Source: Terrimicrobiaceae bacterium
GTDB lineage: Bacteria; Verrucomicrobiota; Verrucomicrobiia; Chthoniobacterales; Terrimicrobiaceae
Length of the DNA: 19,264 nucleotides
Direction: 5' to 3'
NCBI GenBank assembly: GCA_044342325.1
Contig: JBIIPZ010000048.1
Location: 1-19,264 of the forward strand
Shown: positions 1 through 7,121 of the stretch, one piece after another
How positions within the stretch are numbered: the first letter of the stretch is position 1
How the letters are laid out: each line of letters opens with the position of its first letter
Made by a program: the position numbers and the translations under genes
Notes under the pieces: generated by a model
The model's input: only the letters and a program-made list of their open reading frames with translations
The model's database searches: none
What the model was told of the DNA's origin: nothing

Positions 1-1
1 A

Positions 2-409
2 TTTTCCAAATCCCTCATTCCGATTCAAAGATACGCACCTAGTCCTGCAAAAAAAACCAGCCAGTCCACAGCGACCAAGGTGGAAGCCACCTCGTCAAAA
101 GCTGTTAAGGCTCCGGCCAAAAAAATTGCAAAGCCAGCCAAACAAGAAACGGCAAAAACAACGGCAGCCATTGAGACAAAAGTCAAAAAGCCTGCAAGTA
201 AATCGACAGCAACCCCCAAAACAACAACCACTCCCCCGCCTGCATCGAGCGCCCCGCATATTCCGCGCGAGGACATTCAACTACGAGCCTACTTCATTTC
301 CGAGCGCCGCCAGACCATGGGATGGCCCGGAAACTCCTCGACCGACTGGATCGAAGCAGAGTCCCAACTCGTGGCGGAAGCCAAGCGCTGGCAGAAAAAA
401 ACACTCTAA
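2..409 (+). CDS. DUF2934-domain protein with long Lys/Ala/Pro/Thr-rich low-complexity N-terminus (probably 5'-truncated by the window; first in-window start is GTG at 80)
   Basis: The C-terminal REDIQLRAYFISERRQTMGWPGNSSTDWIEAESQL matches the DUF2934 pattern (I..RAY.I.E..G.P.G....W..AE..L). The frame has no stop from position 2 to TAA 407-409. Codons before 80 (APSPAKKTSQSTATK) have the same composition as the rest of the N-terminus. Confidence 0.8.
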   Translation, partial: FSKSLIPIQRYAPSPAKKTSQSTATKVEATSSKAVKAPAKKIAKPAKQETAKTTAAIETKVKKPASKSTATPKTTTTPPPASSAPHIPREDIQLRAYFISERRQTMGWPGNSSTDWIEAESQLVAEAKRWQKKTL

Positions 410-415
410 AAAATC

Positions 416-439
416 GCCGCCTACGGATATCAAGGCGGC
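416..439 (+). terminator. GC-rich stem-loop between the DUF2934 gene and the gamma-CA gene (possible terminator or translational control)
   Basis: GCCGCCT (416-422) pairs with AGGCGGC (433-439) around a 10-nt loop. It is followed by TTATT on + and preceded by an A-run (a U-run on -). Confidence 0.45.
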
Positions 440-445
440 TTATTC

Positions 446-982
446 ATGAATACCGAAGACCGCCTCCAGAGGTTTCTCCATGCGAAACCCCAGATAGCAG
501 AGGCGGCCTTTGTGGCATCCAATGCCACACTCATCGGGGATGTCCGATTGGGCCGCGATTCCAGTGTTTTTTACGGCGCTGTCCTGCGAGGAGACATTGA
601 TACGATCCGGATAGGCGAAGGAACAAATGTGCAGGATGGATGTATCATCCACCTCGCCGATGATCTCGGAGCCACGGTCGGCGCCTACTGCACGATCGGT
701 CACGCCGCTATCATCCATGCCTGCACGGTTGGCGACTTGTGTCTTGTCGGCATGCAGGCAGTCATCCTCGACGGCGCGGAAATCGGCGACGAGTGCCTGA
801 TCGGCGCCGGCGCGCTGGTCACATCGCGCACGAAAATCCCACCACGCTCGCTTGTATTGGGATCACCCGCCAAAGTCGTGCGTCCACTCACCGAGGCCGA
901 GATTTTCTCCCTGCGGGCAAGTGCGGATAAATACATCGCGGTTTCACGCGCCCACGCTGCGCTCCAGGCGTCTATCGAATGA
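446..982 (+). CDS. Gamma carbonic anhydrase family protein (YrdA/CamH-like left-handed beta-helix)
   Basis: Hexapeptide repeats, LRGD and TNVQDG motifs, three candidate metal-ligand His (IIHL; IGHAAIIHAC), and C-terminal GSPAKVVRPL followed by a helix. Confidence 0.93.
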   Translation: MNTEDRLQRFLHAKPQIAEAAFVASNATLIGDVRLGRDSSVFYGAVLRGDIDTIRIGEGTNVQDGCIIHLADDLGATVGAYCTIGHAAIIHACTVGDLCLVGMQAVILDGAEIGDECLIGAGALVTSRTKIPPRSLVLGSPAKVVRPLTEAEIFSLRASADKYIAVSRAHAALQASIE

Positions 983-1542
983 ACCTTCCGAACCGTCTCA
1001 CGGTGGCTCGCCTGGCATTCACTGGCGTTTTTGTTTTCTGTTTTGCAGTCGACTTCCCATTCCGCTTCACGACAGCCTTTGCCGTTTTTGTTTTGGCCGC
1101 GATTACGGATATGCTCGACGGCATCATTGCCAGGCGCTGGAACCTCATCACCGATTTCGGCAAGCTCATGGATCCGCTCGCCGACAAGATTCTCACAGCT
1201 TCAGCATTCATTTGCCTGATTCAATACGATGCCATCCCAAGCTGGGCCGTAATCCTCATCATCAGCCGCGAATTCTTGATTACAGGCCTGCGCTCCTTGG
1301 CCGCCACCAAGGGACTTGTGATACCGGCCGATAATCTGGGAAAGCACAAGACCACATGGCAGATGATCACCATCACTTATTTTCTGCTCCTGCTAGGCCT
1401 CGGAGAAATCCAGCATCCCGCTTGGTTCCCCACTGCTTGGTTTGTCGGAACGCATGTATTCGTTCCCATCACAGTGATACTCTCGGTTTATTCTGGCCTC
1501 GCCTACCTCTTTAAAAATCGAGAACTCATCAAGGCGGCCTGA
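979..1542 (+). CDS. pgsA: CDP-diacylglycerol--glycerol-3-phosphate 3-phosphatidyltransferase
   Basis: MNLPNRLTVAR N-terminus, CDP-alcohol phosphotransferase motif TDMLDGIIARRWNLITDFGKLMDPLADK, plus SREFLITGLR and GKHKTTWQM. ATGA overlap with the upstream stop. Confidence 0.95.
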   Translation: MNLPNRLTVARLAFTGVFVFCFAVDFPFRFTTAFAVFVLAAITDMLDGIIARRWNLITDFGKLMDPLADKILTASAFICLIQYDAIPSWAVILIISREFLITGLRSLAATKGLVIPADNLGKHKTTWQMITITYFLLLLGLGEIQHPAWFPTAWFVGTHVFVPITVILSVYSGLAYLFKNRELIKAA

Positions 1543-1560
1543 CATTTTTCCGCAGGCCGA

Positions 1561-1589
1561 TTGACACCCGGAAAAAACATCCCCATTTT
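1561..1589 (+). promoter_or_regulatory. Putative sigma70 promoter of lysA (predicted leaderless transcript)
   Basis: Perfect TTGACA at 1561-1566, a 17-nt spacer, and CATTTT at 1584-1589. The expected +1 falls at about 1596, the GTG start. No SD motif is present. Confidence 0.55.
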
Positions 1590-1595
1590 CGCGGC

Positions 1596-2885
1596 GTGCA
1601 TTCCTTTTCTTATGTTGATGGCACCCTGCGCTGCGAGGGTGTGGAGCTTAATGAAATCGCCAACCGCTTTGGCACGCCGGCCTATGTCTATTCGGCCGCC
1701 ACGATCCGAGGAAACTACCAGCGCCTCGACACAGCACTGGCACCGCTCGACCACCTCGTCTGCTACGCCGTCAAAGCAAACTCCAACCTGGCCGTTCTGA
1801 ATCTTCTTTCAAAGCTCGGCTCCGGCTTTGATATCGTCTCCGGCGGAGAGTTGTTCCGTGTTTTGAAAGCCGGTGGACGCGCAGACCGCTGCACTTTTGC
1901 GGGCGTTGGCAAAACTCGCGAGGAAATCGCATTCGCATTGAAGGAAGGCGTTTACTCTTTCAATGTCGAAAGCGAAGGCGAGCTTGCCCGCATCAACGAA
2001 GTCGCCGGATCCCTCGGAGTGAAAGCCCCGATCGCCATTCGAGTGAATCCCGATGTGGATGCGAAAACACACAAATTCATCTCAACGGGCAAAAGCAAAA
2101 ATAAATTCGGCATCGGCATCGACCGGGCTGCGGAAGTCTATCAAGTTGCCGCCAATCTGCCTCATCTGAAAATCCGGGGCGTTCAGACGCACATCGGTTC
2201 CCAAATTTTGGAATCCGGCCCCTTCGCCGAAGCCGCTTCCAAGCTCGCTGCTCTCGTTCAGGATTTAAAAAAATCCTACGACATCGAGTTTTTTGATTTC
2301 GGCGGTGGCATCGGGATCGTTTACGACGAGGCCCTGAGCAGCGGAAGTCCCGCTTGGTGGGAAGGCCAAGGCTCTTCGCGCCGCATCACGCCGGAAGATT
2401 ACGCCGAGGCCATCATTCCTGTGCTGAAACCGCTTGGACTACGCATTCTTTTCGAACCCGGCCGCTTCCTCGTGGGAAATGCCGGCGCGCTTCTCTCAAC
2501 CGTGCAATATGTGAAGCAGACGCCTGCAAAAACCTTCACCATCATCGATGCTGCGATGAACGACCTCATCCGCCCCGCCCTCTATGAAGGCTGGCATGAG
2601 ATCGTGCCGCTCCGTCAATCCTCAGCGGATAAAACCACCATGGATGTCGTAGGCCCCGTCTGCGAGAGCGGCGACTTTTTCGCTCAGGACCGCCCATTGC
2701 CTCCGCTCCAAACCGACGACCGGATCGCCGTGCTCAGCTCCGGCGCCTACGGGTTCGTCATGTCATCAAACTACAACTCGCGTCCGCTTCTGCCTGAAAT
2801 CTTGGTGGATGGAGAAAAATTCCATCTCGCCCGCGAGCGGCAAAGCCTGGATGACCTCGTGCGGGGAGAATCGATTCCTCAATAG
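1596..2885 (+). CDS. lysA: Diaminopimelate decarboxylase
   Basis: PLP lysine motif YAVKANSN, plus KFGI, HIGSQ, DFGGG, EPGR, GPVCESGD and GAYGFVMSSNYNSRP. 429 aa. Confidence 0.97.
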   Translation: MHSFSYVDGTLRCEGVELNEIANRFGTPAYVYSAATIRGNYQRLDTALAPLDHLVCYAVKANSNLAVLNLLSKLGSGFDIVSGGELFRVLKAGGRADRCTFAGVGKTREEIAFALKEGVYSFNVESEGELARINEVAGSLGVKAPIAIRVNPDVDAKTHKFISTGKSKNKFGIGIDRAAEVYQVAANLPHLKIRGVQTHIGSQILESGPFAEAASKLAALVQDLKKSYDIEFFDFGGGIGIVYDEALSSGSPAWWEGQGSSRRITPEDYAEAIIPVLKPLGLRILFEPGRFLVGNAGALLSTVQYVKQTPAKTFTIIDAAMNDLIRPALYEGWHEIVPLRQSSADKTTMDVVGPVCESGDFFAQDRPLPPLQTDDRIAVLSSGAYGFVMSSNYNSRPLLPEILVDGEKFHLARERQSLDDLVRGESIPQ

Positions 2886-2895
2886 CACCAGCATT

Positions 2896-3975
2896 TCACG
2901 GCGCCTGCATTCCCACAATGCGGCCCGCGTAGCCTGTCATTTCGAGGTAGCCGCGTCCCTTGCGGCTACCCTCGACGGAGACAGTGCCCTCCCAATAGGC
3001 AAACGGCGCGGAGGCCAGTTCTTGTTTGGGAAAACGCGCACGCACAACCAAGTCGAGCCCCTGCTTGGGGATTCTGATTTTCCATGCCACGGGATAGCGC
3101 CCCTTCGACTCAGCGCTTGCCCACCATTCGATTGGTTCTAGTTCAAAATCCGAAATCTCGATCTTTTGAGCAACGCCGGATGCATCCACAAATGTGCCCG
3201 AGGAGAACTCATCGCGCCCGCCTTCTTTCGTTCGGATTTGAAAAAGCATCAACTCGCCGCCTTCTTCAAACTGGAGGCTGAACCAATCCCAGCCGCTTTG
3301 ATGTGATGCGAGCTGATTCGTGGCCCACTCGTGATCGAACCAGGTCAATCCCTCCACGGGATATTCCACGCCGTCGACGCCGACCGTCCCGCTCGTTTTC
3401 ATGCGGGTGAGCGAGTAATAATGCGAGGCCCTCCCCTCGCCTGCTGCCTTCTGGCTCACTCCCTCGCGTCCATGAATAACCGGATCAGTCGGGGAGACGA
3501 GTTTTAGGTCCACTGAGACGCCGTCTTGCTCCGCCTTTAAGTGGAAATCATGCAGACCCGTGCGCTCACACGACCAACTCTCGATCCATGCGATCCGCCC
3601 ACCATCGTCAAAACCTGCATCGCCGAATGCTCCGCGTGAGAGCTTCTGGAAATGATGGAATTTCTTTCGGCTAATGTCCGAGACCGCAAAGTGGGCGAAT
3701 TTGACATCCCTCTGAATGAAGCGCGATGTCGGCAAGGGCTGGGACGGTTCTGTGACGCCCTGACGAAAAAATGTGAGCTGGTAGCCGAGTTCCTCACCTC
3801 CCTTGGCCCGCAGGTTGCCGGTGAAATACCACCACTCGGTTTTGAAACCGGGATGACTGCCATGATCGGAGGGAAATTGATAGCCCCACCCCGGCAGCGC
3901 CACTCGCCAATCGGCATGCGCCATCGACACAATGAGGAGCAAACACAGGAGGCGGAGCAGAGTTGGAAAATTCAT
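2896..3975 (-). CDS. Secreted AttH/CrtC-like (lipocalin-like, 'carotenoid 1,2-hydratase' family) protein
   Basis: Motifs FPSDHGSHPGFKTEWWYFTGNL, WFDHEW, GWDWFSLQ, YWEG and GYLEMTGY. The start is placed at ATG 3975 because it gives a signal peptide MNFPTLLRLLCLLLIVSMAHA|DW (the ORF track extends to 4026). Confidence 0.88.
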   Translation of the reverse strand: MNFPTLLRLLCLLLIVSMAHADWRVALPGWGYQFPSDHGSHPGFKTEWWYFTGNLRAKGGEELGYQLTFFRQGVTEPSQPLPTSRFIQRDVKFAHFAVSDISRKKFHHFQKLSRGAFGDAGFDDGGRIAWIESWSCERTGLHDFHLKAEQDGVSVDLKLVSPTDPVIHGREGVSQKAAGEGRASHYYSLTRMKTSGTVGVDGVEYPVEGLTWFDHEWATNQLASHQSGWDWFSLQFEEGGELMLFQIRTKEGGRDEFSSGTFVDASGVAQKIEISDFELEPIEWWASAESKGRYPVAWKIRIPKQGLDLVVRARFPKQELASAPFAYWEGTVSVEGSRKGRGYLEMTGYAGRIVGMQAP

Positions 3976-4043
3976 CGTGAGAGACGGGATAGCATACGCT
4001 CGGCATAGCGCCTTCGTCGCCACCAAATCGCCTGAGGCGAAGC

Positions 4044-4071
4044 TTGAATAAACACTTCAAGACATTAGGAT
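4044..4071 (+). promoter_or_regulatory. Putative sigma70 promoter of the TPR gene
   Basis: TTGAAT (4044-4049), 16-nt spacer, TAGGAT (4066-4071); ATG at 4083 without an SD. Confidence 0.4.
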
Positions 4072-4082
4072 ACCTGCCTCCT

Positions 4083-5468
4083 ATGGCCGTGAAGACAGAA
4101 AAAGACCTCCCCGAGTTCCACCGCGCAAACTGGCTGAAAGCCATGAGCGCGATGCAGCTCAAGAACTATGGCTACACGATCCAGATTCTTCAGACGATTC
4201 TGAAGAGCTGTCCCGACTTCCTTGCCGGACGCCAACTCGCCCGCAAAGCCGCACTGGCAAAGACCGGCGGAAAGAAATCGCTTTTCTCCACCGCCTCATT
4301 CAGCGCGCTGAAAATCCAGGCTCAAATTAAAAAAGACCCTCTTGAGGCCATCGATGCCATTGAGAAATGCCTGGAAGCCGAGCCCAACAATCCGCAACTC
4401 AACCAGACCCTCCGCGAAGCCGCTCTGGCTGCGAACCTGCCCGAAGTCGCCGCATTCGCCCTCGAAACAATTCTTGAGAGTTCTCCCAAGGACACCAAAA
4501 CCCTGCACGAACTCGCCAAGCACCAACAGCAATTCGGGGCACCCGACAAGGCCGTGGAACTCTACCAGCGCATCTTGGAGGTCACCCCAAACGATATGGG
4601 CGCTATCAAGGGCATGAAGGACGCGTCCGCGTCCGCCTCCATGCAAAGCGGTGGCTGGGAAAAAGAGGAAACGACCTATCGCGATCTCATCAAAAACAAG
4701 GAACAGGCCGTCGCCCTCGAGCAGCAATCCCGCGTGGTTCGCAGCGAAGAGATGATCGAGAACCTGCTCGCGGAACTCCATGCAAAAGCCGAAGCGGAGC
4801 CAGGAAACATCGACACCTCACGGCGCATCGCCGAGCTCTATGAGCAGAAGGAGGATTGGGAAAATGCCGCCAGCTGGTTCACCTACGCAGCCGCTCTCTC
4901 GAACAACTCCGACATGGCTCTGGTGCGCAAGGCCTCTGATTTACAGATCCGCCAGTTCGACATCGCCATCAGCGCCCGCGAGGCCTACATCGCCGCCAGC
5001 CCTGGCACTCCGGAATCCGAGGCTTACGAAGCCGAACTCCCCGGCCTCCGCGCACAGCGATCCGAGCTCGCCCTGCAATTTGCCCGCACTCGGGTGGAGC
5101 AAAATCCCACAGACCTTCAATTCCGCTTCGAACTCGGCGAGCTTCTCACCGAGCATGAGCGTTGGCAGGATGCCATTCCTGAGCTTCAAAAAGCCAGACA
5201 GAACCCCAATGTGCGCACCAAGGCCATGAGCCTTCTGGGCCGCTGCTTCACGGCCCGCGGCATGCTTGACCTCGCTGCCAAAACTCTTTCGGACGCAGTC
5301 TCTGAACTCGTTGCGATGGATTCTATAAAGAAGGATGTGATCTACAATCTGGGTCTGGTCTACGAAAAGATGGACGACAAGGAAAAGTCCGTCGACTGTA
5401 TGAAACAAATTTACGAGGTGGACTATGGATACCGCGATGTCGCCGCGCGCGTCGAAGGTTCCTACTAA
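4083..5468 (+). CDS. Cytoplasmic tetratricopeptide-repeat protein
   Basis: Multiple TPR-like helical pairs (e.g. TLHELAKHQQQFGAPDKAVELYQRILEVTPND; FRFELGELLTEHERWQDAIPELQKA; VIYNLGLVYEKMDDKEKSVDCMKQI). No signal peptide or TM segment. ATG 4083 is preferred over TTG 4044, which coincides with the putative -35 box. Confidence 0.88.
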   Translation: MAVKTEKDLPEFHRANWLKAMSAMQLKNYGYTIQILQTILKSCPDFLAGRQLARKAALAKTGGKKSLFSTASFSALKIQAQIKKDPLEAIDAIEKCLEAEPNNPQLNQTLREAALAANLPEVAAFALETILESSPKDTKTLHELAKHQQQFGAPDKAVELYQRILEVTPNDMGAIKGMKDASASASMQSGGWEKEETTYRDLIKNKEQAVALEQQSRVVRSEEMIENLLAELHAKAEAEPGNIDTSRRIAELYEQKEDWENAASWFTYAAALSNNSDMALVRKASDLQIRQFDIAISAREAYIAASPGTPESEAYEAELPGLRAQRSELALQFARTRVEQNPTDLQFRFELGELLTEHERWQDAIPELQKARQNPNVRTKAMSLLGRCFTARGMLDLAAKTLSDAVSELVAMDSIKKDVIYNLGLVYEKMDDKEKSVDCMKQIYEVDYGYRDVAARVEGSY

Positions 5469-5566
5469 GAGCTTACTTTTTCTTTGTTGGAATCGCGTGG
5501 TCTTAATGCAGGCCAATCGCCAGACAATTGCGTCTGAAATCTTTGTTTATAAATAACAAGAAAAAC

Positions 5567-5595
5567 TTTACGCGAGCCGAGACAGGTTTTATGAT
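5567..5595 (+). promoter_or_regulatory. Putative sigma70 promoter of the sugar transferase-exosortase operon
   Basis: TTTACG (5567-5572), 17-nt spacer, TATGAT (5590-5595). An AT-rich upstream tract contains the inverted repeat TTGTT-N7-AACAA (5543-5559). Confidence 0.55.
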
Positions 5596-5627
5596 TCTCG
5601 ACTATAAATTCCCCTCTGACTAAACGC

Positions 5628-7103
5628 ATGGCCACACACTCCATGGAAGCAACCGACCAAGGCTCAGACCTCGTTTCGAAAAGGCCTGCATCTCTGTTCC
5701 CGGCTGGTTTGAAGGTCGCTCGCGGTTCATTTCGCGAGAGGGTCGTCATGCTCGCCCTTTTGATTCTTGATTGCTTCTGTTGGGCAGGCATTTACATCGC
5801 GCTATCGGAATTTTCGGGTGATTTCAACAAATACGGATGGGCCGAGGTGATTTTGCCAACGGCCATTTCGATTTTCTCGCTCAGCCTGATCGGAGCCTAC
5901 AACCCCCGCTCGGAAATGAAATCGGTAGGCTACTCAAGTGAACACCTCATCGCCTGCCTCACGGCATTTCTGATTTCCGCCTTCGCCGTCTATCTGATCG
6001 CATCGTTCGGCGGGGTAGTCGCTTCAAGTCGTTCCATTTTCGGTTTCACTTTTCTGGCATTCAGCGCCATTTCGCTTTTCCAACGCCGGCTGCTCTATTC
6101 CTCCCGCCTGCTTCGCAGAAACCGCCGCCTACTGGTCATCAGCGACACGGAGTCCGGCGAGCGGTTTTACAAAAACTATACGATCAATGGCCAGAAACAG
6201 AACCTCCACTTCTTTGCCGCAGGGGATGCCGTGGTGGGAGCCAATGTCGCTGGTCCCGGAAGCCCGGTTTATTCGGCCTTGGCCGCTGATGTCCTAAAAA
6301 ATCTTGAAGAAAATCCCGACACCGAGCACGAGGCGATCGTCATTGCCGCTCCGCCAGACCATCTGGATAACAACATCCTAACCTCACTTGTTGCGGTGCA
6401 TTTCCAAGAATTGCCGGTCTACACCATGCACTCGTTTTTCGAGGCCTACTGGCAAAAAATGCCACCTGACCTGCTGAGCCGCACCTGGCCTCTGGACTCG
6501 GGGTTTCAGCTTGTGCAGCACTCCGCCTTTGCCTCGCTGAAGCGTGTTTTTGATATCATATTAGCGTCCTTCACACTTCTTTTCATGTCGCCAGTCATGG
6601 CACTCGTCGCTTTGTTGATCAAATGGGAGGGGCGCGGACCTGTGATTTTCAGCCAGACTCGGGTAGGCCAGCATGGCGACCTCTTCACACTTTATAAATT
6701 CCGCACCATGGTGGTCGGCAGCGAGTTTAAAGGCCTCTACACCGTGCAAGGAGATCCACGCGTGACTCGACTGGGCCACTGGCTGCGCATCTCGCGCCTT
6801 GATGAACTCCCCCAGCTCTGGAATGTGTTGCGTGGCGAGATGAGCCTCATTGGACCGCGCGCCGAGTGGATCAAATGCGTCGAACAATACGAAGAGGTCA
6901 TCCCATATTACCACTTCCGACATCTCGTCCGGCCAGGCATCACGGGCTGGGCCCAGGTGAACTATTCCTACGGAGCCAGCATCAACGACACTCTCGAAAA
7001 GCTCATGTATGATCTGTATTACATCCGCCACTTCTCCCTCGTGCTTGATGCCACCGTGATCCTCAAGACACTCCATGTCATGATTTTCGGAAAAGGCCGT
7101 TAA
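5628..7103 (+). CDS. Polyprenyl-phosphate sugar phosphotransferase (Bac_transf family priming glycosyltransferase; resembles PEP-CTERM-system-associated EpsB type)
   Basis: Four N-terminal TM segments. C-terminal catalytic domain with KRVFD, KFRTM, DPRVTRLG..LR.SRLDELPQLWNVLRGEMSLIGPR, PGITGWAQVNYSYGAS and EKLMYDLYY. Confidence 0.93.
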   Translation: MATHSMEATDQGSDLVSKRPASLFPAGLKVARGSFRERVVMLALLILDCFCWAGIYIALSEFSGDFNKYGWAEVILPTAISIFSLSLIGAYNPRSEMKSVGYSSEHLIACLTAFLISAFAVYLIASFGGVVASSRSIFGFTFLAFSAISLFQRRLLYSSRLLRRNRRLLVISDTESGERFYKNYTINGQKQNLHFFAAGDAVVGANVAGPGSPVYSALAADVLKNLEENPDTEHEAIVIAAPPDHLDNNILTSLVAVHFQELPVYTMHSFFEAYWQKMPPDLLSRTWPLDSGFQLVQHSAFASLKRVFDIILASFTLLFMSPVMALVALLIKWEGRGPVIFSQTRVGQHGDLFTLYKFRTMVVGSEFKGLYTVQGDPRVTRLGHWLRISRLDELPQLWNVLRGEMSLIGPRAEWIKCVEQYEEVIPYYHFRHLVRPGITGWAQVNYSYGASINDTLEKLMYDLYYIRHFSLVLDATVILKTLHVMIFGKGR

Positions 7104-7121
7104 AACGGGGAGCCCATAGCC

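Noticed and set aside
446..982. Functional link between the gamma-CA-like protein and the class IIIb cyclase (CO2 sensing)
   Set aside because: They are 14 kb apart on opposite strands with unrelated genes between, and many YrdA-like proteins lack demonstrated CA activity.
4028..4040. GCCTGAGGC mini-palindrome here and again on the - strand at 18884-18892, both intergenic
   Set aside because: Only 9 nt are shared with a 4-5 bp stem and the flanks differ; too weak to call a repeat family or operator.
5469..5627. Possible sigma54 promoter, riboswitch or sRNA in the largest central intergenic region
   Set aside because: No TGGCAC-N5-TTGC spacing and no recognisable RNA family motif; a sigma70-like promoter explains the region.
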